Shown piece after piece: positions 29,976 to 40,910 of a stretch of 64,000 bases of DNA. Source of the DNA: an uncultured Gammaproteobacteria bacterium (GTDB lineage Bacteria; Patescibacteriota; Microgenomatia; UBA10105). Under the pieces are notes generated by a model. That model was not told the DNA's origin. It was given only the letters and a program-made list of their open reading frames with translations, and did no database searches. How positions within the stretch are numbered: position 1 is the stretch's first letter; the number at the start of each line of letters is the position of its first letter. The translations under genes and the position numbers were made by a program. The stretch spans positions 35,560 to 99,559 of the forward strand of contig CAYLWN010000001.1 of NCBI GenBank assembly GCA_964387625.1, given 5' to 3'.

Positions 29976-31523
29976 TTACAAGATTGAATATATATATAAT
30001 GTTTCTGAATTAGGACCAGTCATTTGTCCGAATTCATCAAATATTTTAAATAATTTATAATTTTCTAATATTACATTCATTATTTCATTTCTTTCAAAAT
30101 CATTTTTTCCAAAATAATATTTTGATTTATTGATTAATATAATAAATTTAATTTGTTTGTTAGCTATTATATTTTTTAACATTTCATGACTAGTTAAATG
30201 CCATTTTTCAGATTGGTATGAATCGATAATTGATATTGATCCCGGTCCTTCATTCATAGTTAATGGTACATTGCGGTTTATTGCAGCGACAACAGGCATA
30301 TGCATGGTTAGAATTAAATCGTTAGAATTACTATTATCTTCCAAATATGAAGATATTTTATGTAAAACAGAATGTGGGGTAACTAGCATATTACTTAATG
30401 ATATTTTTATAAATTTATGATGGGGGAAGATTGCATATGAGGTAAATATAAGTAAAACTATAAATATTACAAAATATTGCTTCATTTTTTTATTAGTAAA
30501 TTGTTTAACCGTAAAAAAGCCAGCTAAGAAAGAGAGAAATGGAATAGAAGGATAGATGTAAGATGAATCTGCGGGATGATGAATAACTCCTGTAACAAAA
30601 TAAGAAAGACAAATAAAAATAATTAATAAAATATATCCGGATTTCTCATTTTTTAAAAATATTTTTTTAAAATTAAAAAATATTCCAGTAATTATTAATG
30701 CTAAATAAATTCCATAATCACGGGCAGTTAGTGTAATAAAGCTTGTCAATTGTCCTAAGGTTATTGAGTCATTGTCATAAACATATAATAATAATTTATT
30801 AGCAAAAAAAGGCCAAAAAATTCCATATAAAGTATTTTCCCAGCTCAGTAAAAAGTATGGAGTATATATCAAAACTCCAAAGATAATAATAGCAAATGAA
30901 ATAATAAATTTAAATTTTGCAGCATAGTTTCTATAAATAATTAAGTAAAGCCAAACTAGAATTAATACAATCAGTGCTTGGGATCTTACTAAAACTGCAA
31001 GAACTGAAAAAAAGCATGCAATAATATCAAACATAAACCTTCTTTTTTTAAATGACTTAGTTAGCATAAATAAAGAAATGCTTGTAAAAAAAGTCGCATG
31101 TTGTTCAGAAAATGGTACATTAGAAAAATAAATGTATAGAGGGCATCCTAGACCGAGTAATAATGCGGTTAAAATGATTAAATTACGATTTCCAAAGTTA
31201 CTACAGATCTTGAGTATAATTACGAAAACAGATAATGCAATAATTAATCCATAAAACCGCTGCTGTAGTATTGAAGGAGAAAGGAAGAATGACGGTATTT
31301 GATTCAATAAATCGGTCAATAAGCTGTTCCATCCATTATAATTAATAAAAGGTATTAGTCCGGATCGTGCCAATTTACTGTTATATAATAAAATACCATC
31401 TTCGTTTCCAATATATCCATAGTAAATAGTAATTAATCTGAGTAAAATTGACATTAAAACAATGGAAAAAAGTAATAAATTCTTTTTGAAAATATTAAAT
31501 ATACTTCTGATCTTTTTATGCAT
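29976..31523 (-). CDS. GT-C fold membrane glycosyltransferase-like protein
   Basis: TM1 ends in LLRL, followed by an NEDG loop and G..PF; about 12 TM segments plus a soluble tail. Confidence 0.68.
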   Translation of the reverse strand: MHKKIRSIFNIFKKNLLLFSIVLMSILLRLITIYYGYIGNEDGILLYNSKLARSGLIPFINYNGWNSLLTDLLNQIPSFFLSPSILQQRFYGLIIALSVFVIILKICSNFGNRNLIILTALLLGLGCPLYIYFSNVPFSEQHATFFTSISLFMLTKSFKKRRFMFDIIACFFSVLAVLVRSQALIVLILVWLYLIIYRNYAAKFKFIISFAIIIFGVLIYTPYFLLSWENTLYGIFWPFFANKLLLYVYDNDSITLGQLTSFITLTARDYGIYLALIITGIFFNFKKIFLKNEKSGYILLIIFICLSYFVTGVIHHPADSSYIYPSIPFLSFLAGFFTVKQFTNKKMKQYFVIFIVLLIFTSYAIFPHHKFIKISLSNMLVTPHSVLHKISSYLEDNSNSNDLILTMHMPVVAAINRNVPLTMNEGPGSISIIDSYQSEKWHLTSHEMLKNIIANKQIKFIILINKSKYYFGKNDFERNEIMNVILENYKLFKIFDEFGQMTGPNSETLYIYSIL

Positions 31524-31533
31524 GTTAGATTAA

Positions 31534-33012
31534 TTATTTTAGTTCGAAAATTACAAATTTTGAATTACTGATAATTGTTTTATACTTATTTTTTAGATAA
31601 TTTAAAAATTCAGGATTTTGCAGAAATTCTGATTCATCAGAAACAACGTATAAAGAAGCTCCCCATTTAATCAAATTTTCAAATTTATCAATTGCACATG
31701 AATTTGTACAACTTGGTTCATTTATATCAAAAGTAGCTCCCCACATATCAGGTCTCAAAGAATAGTAGGTTAATGAAGCATTATTATATGAAGATGTGAT
31801 TATTTTGGAATTTGATTTCGCAATATTTTTTACATTATTAGCGGTTTCTAAAACATATTTATGATTTAGTGAGGAAGCATAAGTTCTAAGTAAATAAGGT
31901 TTTCCAGTAAAAATCATTAAAGTTATGATAATTACGATAGTATAGAATTTTCTTAATTTTATAGTATTTTTTAAATATGTACTTAAATAATCGACTGTGA
32001 TACCTGCAAGTACTGTTAAAGGAAACAAAATTGGTACCTGGTAATACCAATAGTTAATGTTACGGCTAAATAAGAAAACAAAAATTAATAAACCGAACAA
32101 CCATGAAAAGATAAAATTAAATTTTACCTTAGTTTTTATGAAAAAAGCGGTTAATGCAAGCATAAAAACCGGTAAAGTAATGACTTGTTCAATAAAATCA
32201 TAAAAAATATTAATATACCAGTTTAAGTTAAATATTTTATCTAATGCTATCCAGTAATTTGCATTTAATACGAAAGCTGATTGCAGGTTCGGATAAAGTA
32301 AATATACAGATTTAATATGTGTTAACCATAGGAGTATTGGAATACCTGAAATACAATATAAAATTATAAATTTATTTTTAACAAAATTTTTACCGAATTT
32401 TTCATACGCTAAATAAATCATTGGAACCCCAAAATGGAAAAATTGAACTTTTACTAACAAAGTTAACATAAATAATATAATAGAATAAAAATAATCAGAT
32501 ATTTTTCTATAACTTATCCAACAAGAGAAAAAATATAAGCTGCCCATTCCTAAAAATAATCCGAATTGATCAGGTTGGTAGCTTCTGCTTAAAATTATTT
32601 CTTGCGGTGATATTAAATATGCAAATATTAATGCCCATACTGCAACAGTGTTGTTAAAATATTTTCTAATTAGTAAGAAAAAAAATATTGCTAATCCAAT
32701 AGATGAGAAAACAGATATTAATTTGCCCCAAACTTCATTAATTGTTCCAAATATAACATACGGAATAGCAGCTAAAACATTATAGATAGGAAATTCGCAT
32801 AAATAATATCCGGGTTCATCTGCCCAAAGTTTAGTTTTTGTATACAAGACATTAAAATTATCAAGATATAAATTACGAGTAACTTCAGCCGTATGAATTT
32901 CCCGATGTGGTTTAGCGTCTAGTAGGGGCAGATTAATTTTATACAATCTTGGAAATAATCCAATGCATATAATTACCAAAGGTAATAGTTTAAATAATAG
33001 AGATCTATTCAT
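31534..33012 (-). CDS. GT-C fold membrane glycosyltransferase (ArnT/PMT_2-like)
   Basis: HREIHTAEVTRN loop, CEFPIY, SRSYQPD, LLVK, YYQVP; about 11 TM segments. Confidence 0.8.
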   Translation of the reverse strand: MNRSLLFKLLPLVIICIGLFPRLYKINLPLLDAKPHREIHTAEVTRNLYLDNFNVLYTKTKLWADEPGYYLCEFPIYNVLAAIPYVIFGTINEVWGKLISVFSSIGLAIFFFLLIRKYFNNTVAVWALIFAYLISPQEIILSRSYQPDQFGLFLGMGSLYFFSCWISYRKISDYFYSIILFMLTLLVKVQFFHFGVPMIYLAYEKFGKNFVKNKFIILYCISGIPILLWLTHIKSVYLLYPNLQSAFVLNANYWIALDKIFNLNWYINIFYDFIEQVITLPVFMLALTAFFIKTKVKFNFIFSWLFGLLIFVFLFSRNINYWYYQVPILFPLTVLAGITVDYLSTYLKNTIKLRKFYTIVIIITLMIFTGKPYLLRTYASSLNHKYVLETANNVKNIAKSNSKIITSSYNNASLTYYSLRPDMWGATFDINEPSCTNSCAIDKFENLIKWGASLYVVSDESEFLQNPEFLNYLKNKYKTIISNSKFVIFELK

Positions 33013-33890
33013 TATTTCATCGCTTTCTTCATCTTTAATAAACCTGCTTTTACAGTTATGGGATTAATTTTAAGTAAATTTTCCATTTTTTGAGTTGATA
33101 GGCATGTGTTTCTGGGTCTTGGGGCAAGACCTTTAAAAAATTTACTTTTAACAGGTATAACTAAATTTTTATTGAAATAAAATATTTTTATCAATTCAAT
33201 TGCGAATTCATATCTACTTAATGTGTCTTTACCTCCTATATGGATGATATTTCCGTAGAGTTGTTTATTTATTGATTTCCAAACAGCCTTTGCTGCTTGA
33301 CCGACCCATAAATGATTATTATAAACGTCGCTAACCATATAGGTTTTTTGGTTATCTTTAAATCTTTTTAATAACCATGTGGCTGGATTCTCTCGCTCAA
33401 GAGGATCATTCCAACCATACATATTTGATAGTCTGATAATCATTGAGTGAATCATATATTTTTTGACAATTTCTTCTCCTTCAGCTTTAGTTTTGCCATA
33501 ATAATTTATTGGATTAACAGGATCAGTTTCTGAATATGGAGGGTGTTTACCATCAAATACCCCATTAGAGGAGAAATAGATAAATTTTGACTTTATTTTT
33601 ATAGCTGGTTCCAACAAGTTCTGGGTACCTAAAAAATTAATTTTATAAGTTTCTGTTTTATTTTTCTCGCAGTAATCGGTATTAACCAAAGCTGCTGTAT
33701 GGATGATTAAGTCAGGATGAAGCTTTTCTATTAATTCCTTACAGTTTTTTTTATTTGTAATATCCAAATATATATTTTGTTTGTTCGTAAAAATCTTATG
33801 ATATGTTGGATAAATTAGGTAATTAGATGGAGCAGTTTTTAACAATTCTTTTCCTAATAAGCCCGTAGGACCTGTCAGTAATATTTTCAT
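33012..33890 (-). CDS. rmlD: RmlD-like NDP-4-keto-6-deoxyhexose reductase
   Basis: TGPTGLLG, HTAALVNTDYCE, VFDG, PINYYGKTK (YxxxK), APRP. Confidence 0.82.
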   Translation of the reverse strand: MKILLTGPTGLLGKELLKTAPSNYLIYPTYHKIFTNKQNIYLDITNKKNCKELIEKLHPDLIIHTAALVNTDYCEKNKTETYKINFLGTQNLLEPAIKIKSKFIYFSSNGVFDGKHPPYSETDPVNPINYYGKTKAEGEEIVKKYMIHSMIIRLSNMYGWNDPLERENPATWLLKRFKDNQKTYMVSDVYNNHLWVGQAAKAVWKSINKQLYGNIIHIGGKDTLSRYEFAIELIKIFYFNKNLVIPVKSKFFKGLAPRPRNTCLSTQKMENLLKINPITVKAGLLKMKKAMK

Positions 33891-33897
33891 AGTAATT

Positions 33898-34989
33898 TTA
33901 ATTGTATATTATCTTTTTAAATACTTGTTCTAATTTATTAGCATACATGTTTATATTGTATTTACTTTTTATTATTTTTCTGGCATTTCTGCCTATTTTT
34001 TCCCTTAGTGATTGAGATTTATTTAATTTATTAATTGCTAGTATTGCACTGTTAAAATCATATGGAGGTATCACGACGCAATGTTTGTAATTTATAAACT
34101 GATATTCGCCGACTCCTGATGTTTTTGTAAATATTACAGGTTTTTCGCAACTCATGCATCTAAATGCTGTACTTTGTCCGGAAAAATAATGATTTGTTTT
34201 TGTTAAAAGTAAAACAAATTTAGATTGCCAGACTCTTTTTCTTAATGTTTCATAATTAACGTTATATTCAAATATTACATTATTTAACGTCGTAGTTTTT
34301 ATTAAACCCTTGTGAGTAATAACTCTAAATTTTTCATTTGGAAAGTATTTCACTACTTGAAAAAAAAGATCCCAATTTCTGTATATATCAGCACCAATTG
34401 TTAATATTTCATTAGTAGATTTTATTGATTTTTTATAAAAAAATTGAGTATCAATCCCAAAGGGGATAAAAGAAAAACGGTTAATTGGAATTCTCAACAT
34501 CTTAGATAGTAATTTACATTCACTAAAACTACCTCCCGACACTATATGATCTATTTGATTAATTATATTTCTTATAATAAATAATGAAATTGGATTGTTT
34601 GACTTTATTAAACCATCATACATGCCAATCGTATTTAAGATAATTTTAGGTTTTATAAATCCTAATTTTTTCAATAGAGCTATTGGTAATCCATAAGTGT
34701 CTACAGTAGCAAAAATACAATCTGCAATGTTTAATTTTGGAATTAATAATAAAGTTGGAATTATTGAAAAGCCACTTTTATAAAATAAGGATACAAACAA
34801 ATTTAAGTAATATTGAAAAAATAATAGAAATTTATGTTTAAATACTTCATCAGTATAAATTAAGTTAAACTTTTTTATTTTTGTTAATCCATAATATAAA
34901 TCATGAGGGTTTTTATTATACTTGGTTAAATGTAAGTTTTTAGTAATTGGTCTGCGAAAAACATAAAAAAACGATTTTTTAGGCCTCAT
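33898..34989 (-). CDS. GT4-like glycosyltransferase (divergent)
   Basis: IPFGIDT.F, G..YRNW, SGQST..CMSCEKPVI, IGRNAR. Confidence 0.75.
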   Translation of the reverse strand: MRPKKSFFYVFRRPITKNLHLTKYNKNPHDLYYGLTKIKKFNLIYTDEVFKHKFLLFFQYYLNLFVSLFYKSGFSIIPTLLLIPKLNIADCIFATVDTYGLPIALLKKLGFIKPKIILNTIGMYDGLIKSNNPISLFIIRNIINQIDHIVSGGSFSECKLLSKMLRIPINRFSFIPFGIDTQFFYKKSIKSTNEILTIGADIYRNWDLFFQVVKYFPNEKFRVITHKGLIKTTTLNNVIFEYNVNYETLRKRVWQSKFVLLLTKTNHYFSGQSTAFRCMSCEKPVIFTKTSGVGEYQFINYKHCVVIPPYDFNSAILAINKLNKSQSLREKIGRNARKIIKSKYNINMYANKLEQVFKKIIYN

Positions 34990-34996
34990 AACAGCT

Positions 34997-35019
34997 ATTA
35001 TATCTAAATATGAGATAAT
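34997..35019. promoter_or_regulatory. Back-to-back -10 elements in a 39-bp divergent spacer
   Basis: Minus strand: TATAAT (34997-35002), 7 nt from ATG 34989. Plus strand: TGaGATAAT (35011-35019), 9 nt from ATG 35029. Confidence 0.5.
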
Positions 35020-35028
35020 ATCGAATAA

Positions 35029-36447
35029 ATGAAAGTGTATCCAATTATTTTATGTTTTTTATTATCACTTTTTGCCACTTTAATTATTCCTAGACAATAC
35101 GACTCAGAGGACATGGTTTTGCATCTACCTTTTATTAAAGTCATTAACGATAATTCCTTATATAAAAATGATTATTTAATATCTTCTAGTAATCCTCAAA
35201 ATAATATCACTATTTATTATCAAGTAATTGCAAAAATTGTTTCCATAACTAAACTGACATACGATGATTTATTTTCGATATTACGATATGTGTATTATTT
35301 TTTATGTTTCTATTTTTTTATAAAAATTTCACAATTGCTGTTTAATTCTTTGGATGTAGGATTTTTTATTGGCTTGTTAAGCTTGTTAAGAATCCCGGTT
35401 GGGGGAACAGCGATACAAATACTGGAAACTGAAGCATTGCCAAGAGCTTTAAGCGTTTCATTTGGTTTATGGATTTTATATAGTTTTTTTCACAAAAAAT
35501 ATTTTGTAGCAATTTTAATATTTATAATATCATTTTTAATACATCCCACATCAGCCTTTTTCTTTATTTCCATTTTATTTGTTTATCAATTATGTAAGTA
35601 TTTACATAAATTTAAAAAAATTAAAGTACCTTTAATAATGCTTTCTACATTAATATTAGCAATATTACTTATAGTAGTTAGTCCAATACGTCAAGACTGG
35701 TTAAACATTATTAGTTTAAGAAACAGTTATGCATTTTTAAATCTTTGGAATATTAATAATTTTATCTATTTAGTGATGTTAAATATACCGCTTTTTGTAA
35801 GCCTATTAATAAATGCAACTAAAAACCAAAAATTTCAAATTTTATCAAAAACTGTAATTTTAACTGCATTAATATTTACAGGCATACATGTCATATTTGT
35901 TGTAATAAAACCTGTATCTTTAATAATTAATCTGCAATTATTAAGAATTTGGATATTTCCGTCAATTTTATCTCTATTTGTGGTTTCGTATATTGTCATA
36001 AACAAATTTAATAAATTTCCAAAAATTTTAATTATGAGCATATTATTGGTTTTTATTATATGGAGGAATCTAGTATTACCATCGGTAAAAAGTAAGACTT
36101 CATGGATAGATATACAACAGTGGGTGGGTGGCAATAGTCAGCAAAATTGCGTTTTTTTGGTTCCTTTTTACAATTCCGGTTTTCGAGTTTATTCAAACAG
36201 ATCAATAATAGGAGAATATAAAGACGGAGCTTTGAGTTTTTATTCAAAAGAATTTGCATTGGATTGGAATAATCGGTTGCATGATTTAGGTTATTGGGAA
36301 ATTAATACTAACGATGAAATTATAAAATTACAATCTAAATATAAATTTGATTATTTAGTAAGCGGTACTTTTGTATCAAATAAATTTACTAGGGTTTACA
36401 AAAATAACGAATATAAAGTTTATCAAATTACTAAAGACTGTAATTAA
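35029..36447 (+). CDS. Polytopic membrane protein, GT-C-like (DUF6798-like)
   Basis: EDMVLHLP, LYKND, HP, FLVPF..GFRVYSNRS..EYKDG; about 11 TM segments. Confidence 0.6.
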   Translation: MKVYPIILCFLLSLFATLIIPRQYDSEDMVLHLPFIKVINDNSLYKNDYLISSSNPQNNITIYYQVIAKIVSITKLTYDDLFSILRYVYYFLCFYFFIKISQLLFNSLDVGFFIGLLSLLRIPVGGTAIQILETEALPRALSVSFGLWILYSFFHKKYFVAILIFIISFLIHPTSAFFFISILFVYQLCKYLHKFKKIKVPLIMLSTLILAILLIVVSPIRQDWLNIISLRNSYAFLNLWNINNFIYLVMLNIPLFVSLLINATKNQKFQILSKTVILTALIFTGIHVIFVVIKPVSLIINLQLLRIWIFPSILSLFVVSYIVINKFNKFPKILIMSILLVFIIWRNLVLPSVKSKTSWIDIQQWVGGNSQQNCVFLVPFYNSGFRVYSNRSIIGEYKDGALSFYSKEFALDWNNRLHDLGYWEINTNDEIIKLQSKYKFDYLVSGTFVSNKFTRVYKNNEYKVYQITKDCN

Positions 36448-36449
36448 AT

Positions 36450-37499
36450 ATGAATATATGTTTTTTTGGATCTTATGATCCCAATTATTCACGAAACAGT
36501 ATATTGATTAATGGTTTAAATCAAAATAACGTTAAAGTATTTCAATGCAGATCAACTTATGGAAGTGTATTTTTACGTTATCCAGACTTAATCCGAAAAT
36601 ATTGGAAGATAAGAAACGAAATAAATGTTATTTATGTTGCGTTTGTGGGTCAGTTGAATATGCCACTGGCTTGGATTTTAGCAAGATTAACTGGTAAAAA
36701 ATTAGTATTTGATATGTTTTATTCAATGTATGATACATATGTTTATGATAGGCAAAGTGCAAAACCAAACAGTATTCAAGCAAAATTATATTTTTCAATT
36801 GATAAAATGGCTACAATTTTGGCTGATGAGGTGATAACCGATACCAAATCTTCAGGAAATTATTACAAAAAATTATTCAATATTAATCCAAACAAGTTAC
36901 ATCATGTTTATGTGGGAGCTGAAGAGATTTTTATCAAGCGAAAACATAAAGATAAGAAAAAATTAATAGTTGAATTTCACGGAATGTTTACTAGACTTAC
37001 AGGAGCCAAATATTTTATAGAAGCAGCAAAAATATTGGAAAATAATAAAAAATTGGAATTTTGGTTAATCGGTGATAGTCAAATATATAAAAAACCATTG
37101 CAATTACTAATAAAGTTAAAACCTAAAAATCTAATATATTTTCCTAAAATGCCTGTAAGGGAATTAGCTAAACATGTTTCACAAGCAGACGTTTCAATAA
37201 GTCATTTAGGAACATCAAAAAAAGCACGAATTGTAATTACCAATAAAACTTTTCATAGTTTAGCTTGCGGGATTGCTGTGATCGTTATCAATTCTTCAGG
37301 AAATAGAGAGTTATTGGAAGACAAGAAGAACGTAGTGATGGTTAGATCCGGTAATACGAAAGATTTAGTTGAGCAGATTTTAATTTTGCTTCATAATCCA
37401 AAACTTCGTCAAAATATTGCTGACAATGGTTATAGGATGTTTCAAAAATTTTTAACCAATAAGCAAATAGCCAAAGATTTGTTAATAAAAATTAGTTAG
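36450..37499 (+). CDS. GT4 glycosyltransferase
   Basis: YSRN, FD...S.YD, YVGA, FHG.F..L.G, VITNK.F..LACG. Confidence 0.82.
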   Translation: MNICFFGSYDPNYSRNSILINGLNQNNVKVFQCRSTYGSVFLRYPDLIRKYWKIRNEINVIYVAFVGQLNMPLAWILARLTGKKLVFDMFYSMYDTYVYDRQSAKPNSIQAKLYFSIDKMATILADEVITDTKSSGNYYKKLFNINPNKLHHVYVGAEEIFIKRKHKDKKKLIVEFHGMFTRLTGAKYFIEAAKILENNKKLEFWLIGDSQIYKKPLQLLIKLKPKNLIYFPKMPVRELAKHVSQADVSISHLGTSKKARIVITNKTFHSLACGIAVIVINSSGNRELLEDKKNVVMVRSGNTKDLVEQILILLHNPKLRQNIADNGYRMFQKFLTNKQIAKDLLIKIS

Positions 37500-37504
37500 T
37501 TTTA

Positions 37505-39079
37505 TTAATTTGAAATAGATTTGGCAATTATTATATCTCGTTCATCTTTGATTAAATTACCTCTATTATAAGGGAATTCTTCAGGTAACCCGATTATCAA
37601 AGTGTTAGATTTTATTAAATCCTCATTTAAATTAATTTTTCTAAATTCATATTTACCAAAAGAAGCATATCCTATATAAGAATTACGTTTGGTATTTTGA
37701 GATGAGAAAATTACTGTTGGATTTTTCTCTCCATATAATAATATATAAATATATATTTGTTTTATGCTATCAGTAATAATTATTTGATCATATTTACTTT
37801 CTTGTGCTAGAGTATATTGAGCAATTTGTTTAGCTCCGTATTGCCATTGTTGTTTGAATCTTGTAATGCTGTCGTTAAAATAAGCATTAAGAAAATTAAT
37901 AAAACTTATTGTGTAAATTAAGGGAATAACTACTTTTAGTGACAATTTTGAATTATTTAAAGTAATTGATATTAAATGAGTAATACCAAATGCAGTTAAA
38001 AAATCTATTGTAGGAAATAACATAGCGATTCTACCGGCATTTGGAGGTCCTGAAGTTAATGCCCCTGGTAATACCGAAATTATAATCCATCCATAAATAA
38101 ATTTTCGAAATTTTGGAATAAAACTTATTCGATATAATCCAATTATGATAAAGGGAATACTTGTTAAATAAAATAATCCTGTTCCGCATACATTAAAATA
38201 TCTGGTATTACTGGTATCATAAAATAGAACAAAAGGATTAAATTGTTGTACATAATTTAGAATAAATTTAATAATGATATCAATTAATGAAAAATTTGAT
38301 GGATTAAGTCCGATAAATAAATTAATACCGGCAAATCGTGATTGGGAGAATGGTTTAGAAATAATATCTGTAATTAATGGAACTGAAATTAAGATAACAA
38401 TGATCAATGCGCATATAATTTGTTTTAAGGAGATAAATTTTCGAAATATCCAAAATAATAATATTATTAAGAGTGGGGTGGTTAGTCTAGGACTATGATA
38501 TGCGTATACGGATAGTGATAGTATTGAAATTGAAAGAATAAATAATAATTTTGATTTATTACGGATAAATTTAAAAAATAAAGTCAAACCGCATAACTGT
38601 AAAAATAAACCGTATGCAGCATCATGTACAATGCGTGACAGTTGAATGTGCCATGGAGAAATGGATATAAATAGTGTAGATAATAAAGCCAACATACTAA
38701 AAGAAAAATTTTGATTAAGTACTGACGATTTATTTTTAAGTAAAAAAGTTTTTATTAATTCTTTAATAAAAATATAAAATATTATTGTTGTGAATATGCC
38801 CACTAAAGCTGAAGGTAATCTGATGCTAAATTCGTTTAACCCAAATAATGCTATTGCAGGAATAGTTACATAAAAAATAATTGGAGTGACATCCGCTCTG
38901 AAAGAAATAGGAAACTTTTTATTATATTCATCAACTCCATATTTTAAGAGGGTATAAGCATTATACCCAACACCCACTTCATCGCCATGCAAGGAAATGG
39001 GAATTTTTCCAAGTTTAAAAAAAATTAAAAAAACTGTCAGAATAATAATTCCTGTTAAAATCCATATTTTAAACTTCAT
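37505..39079 (-). CDS. GT-C membrane glycosyltransferase (ArnT/PMT_2 family)
   Basis: HGDE.GVGYNAY.LLK.G.DEY, FGLNEFSIRLPSA, ISPWHIQLSR; multi-TM with a soluble C-domain. Confidence 0.85.
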   Translation of the reverse strand: MKFKIWILTGIIILTVFLIFFKLGKIPISLHGDEVGVGYNAYTLLKYGVDEYNKKFPISFRADVTPIIFYVTIPAIALFGLNEFSIRLPSALVGIFTTIIFYIFIKELIKTFLLKNKSSVLNQNFSFSMLALLSTLFISISPWHIQLSRIVHDAAYGLFLQLCGLTLFFKFIRNKSKLLFILSISILSLSVYAYHSPRLTTPLLIILLFWIFRKFISLKQIICALIIVILISVPLITDIISKPFSQSRFAGINLFIGLNPSNFSLIDIIIKFILNYVQQFNPFVLFYDTSNTRYFNVCGTGLFYLTSIPFIIIGLYRISFIPKFRKFIYGWIIISVLPGALTSGPPNAGRIAMLFPTIDFLTAFGITHLISITLNNSKLSLKVVIPLIYTISFINFLNAYFNDSITRFKQQWQYGAKQIAQYTLAQESKYDQIIITDSIKQIYIYILLYGEKNPTVIFSSQNTKRNSYIGYASFGKYEFRKINLNEDLIKSNTLIIGLPEEFPYNRGNLIKDERDIIIAKSISN

Positions 39080-39786
39080 ATTTTTGAAAAACGTAAATTA
39101 ATCACAGTTTTAGTATAGGTTACAAACATGTTAAAAAATTTAGATTTGCTTATTCCATAAGTACGGTTTTTATAAAATACTGGAGTTTCAGTAATTGAAT
39201 ATTTTTTTCTATATATAATATATATTAGACGAATAAAGTAGTCACCAAAACCAAAAAAAATTTTGTATAGCTCAAGTTTTTTCAGGATTGATCTTTTGGT
39301 GATAAAAAATCCGCTGAGATTGTCGCTTATATCATGATTTAGTAAAACACGAATATATAAATTAAAATAATAGCTAAACCATTGGCGGATTCTATTTTCC
39401 ATACCGCCGTTTTTTATATATCTTGACCCTATTACTAAATCAAATTTTTTTGACAACATAAACATTATAGGTATTTCTTTCGGGTTATGATTAAAATCAG
39501 TATCCATTACTAGAATATATTTTCCGCGAGAATGATTGATGCCATATAATATTGCACTGGCCAACCCTTTATTTTTTTTACGGATAAAAACTTTTACTGA
39601 GTGATTGTTTTTAAATTTATTTATTGTTTTTATACCTGTTAAATCCTGACTATCGTCATCCACCATGATGATTTCAGTAGAGATGTTATTTTTTTTGCAA
39701 ATAATAAGTATAGAATTTATAAGTTTTATTATGTTTCCGCTTTCATTGAACGTAGGTAAAATAATAGAAAGATTTTTTGATTTCAT
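39076..39786 (-). CDS. DPM1/ArnC-like polyprenyl-phosphate glycosyltransferase (GT2)
   Basis: ILPTFNE, VDDDSQD.T, GLASA, MDTDFNH.P, VIGSRY..GG, D.LSGF, R.YG.SK. Confidence 0.88.
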   Translation of the reverse strand: MKSKNLSIILPTFNESGNIIKLINSILIICKKNNISTEIIMVDDDSQDLTGIKTINKFKNNHSVKVFIRKKNKGLASAILYGINHSRGKYILVMDTDFNHNPKEIPIMFMLSKKFDLVIGSRYIKNGGMENRIRQWFSYYFNLYIRVLLNHDISDNLSGFFITKRSILKKLELYKIFFGFGDYFIRLIYIIYRKKYSITETPVFYKNRTYGISKSKFFNMFVTYTKTVINLRFSKI

Positions 39787-39800
39787 AATATTAGAGGTTT

Positions 39801-40910
39801 TTATTCAGTTGATTTAGAATAAAATTTATTTATAATATGAGTTATATATTTTATTTGAGTGGTTTTAAGATCAATAAATGTGGGAAGATTAATTCCTTGT
39901 TGAAACAACATTTGAGATACAGGAAAATGTTTATTAGATTTATACATAGGAAATTTGGTAATCGGGTAAAAAAACGGTCTGGAATCGATGCTGTTTTGTT
40001 TTAAATATTTAATCAGAGAATTACGTTTAATTTTTCCTCCTGATTTTAGAAGACAGGAAAAAAGCCAACAAACAGATTGGATGTCTTTATTAATTGGTTG
40101 GAATTGAATATTTGGTATTTTTGTAAGTTCCTTACGATATTTTGTGCTTATTTCATTTCTTATTTTAATAAACTTATTCATTTTTTTAAGCTGTGCTATT
40201 CCAATTGCAGCTTGTATATTGGTCATTCGATAGTTATATCCGATAATAGGATGATAATATTTTTTTATCGGTGACATACCGTGATTTTTCAGCAATTTAA
40301 TTTTTTCAGCCAGTTGTTTACTATGTGTAATCAGCATTCCACCTTCACCGGTAGTAATTATTTTATTACCATAAAAACTAAAACAGCCTATATCACCAAA
40401 GGTACCTACATATTTATTGTAATATTTTGCCCCATGAGCCTCAGCAGCATCTTCTACAACATATAATTTATATTTTTTAGCCAAGGACATAATTGGATTC
40501 ATGTCAGCGGGGTATCCGTATAAATGTACCGGCATAATGGCTTTAGTTTTTTTTGTAATAGCTTTTTCAATAAGTTTAGGGTCGATATTCCATGTGTTGG
40601 GATCCACATCTATAAAAATGGGTTTTGCTCCCACATATTTAATAGCATTTGCTGTAGCAACAAATGTTAGAGCTGGTAGAATAACTTCATCACCGGGTCC
40701 TATATTTAAAGCCAAAAGAGCTAAATGAAGAGCGATAGTGCCATTGGAACAACTAATTGCATGTGGTATATGAAAGTACTTTGCGAATTCATTTTCAAAA
40801 GTGTTGATATATTTTCCCGCAGAAGAAATCCATGTACTTTTTATGCAAAAAGTTGCAAGTTTTAATTCTTCTTTTCCTAAACTGGGTTGGGCAACAGGAA
40901 TAAATTTCAT
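39801..40910 (-). CDS. DegT aminotransferase (perosamine synthase-like)
   Basis: WISS.G, SNGTIALH, VHLYG, EDAAEAHG, SFYGNKIITTGEGG, GYNYRMTN. Confidence 0.9.
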   Translation of the reverse strand: MKFIPVAQPSLGKEELKLATFCIKSTWISSAGKYINTFENEFAKYFHIPHAISCSNGTIALHLALLALNIGPGDEVILPALTFVATANAIKYVGAKPIFIDVDPNTWNIDPKLIEKAITKKTKAIMPVHLYGYPADMNPIMSLAKKYKLYVVEDAAEAHGAKYYNKYVGTFGDIGCFSFYGNKIITTGEGGMLITHSKQLAEKIKLLKNHGMSPIKKYYHPIIGYNYRMTNIQAAIGIAQLKKMNKFIKIRNEISTKYRKELTKIPNIQFQPINKDIQSVCWLFSCLLKSGGKIKRNSLIKYLKQNSIDSRPFFYPITKFPMYKSNKHFPVSQMLFQQGINLPTFIDLKTTQIKYITHIINKFYSKSTE

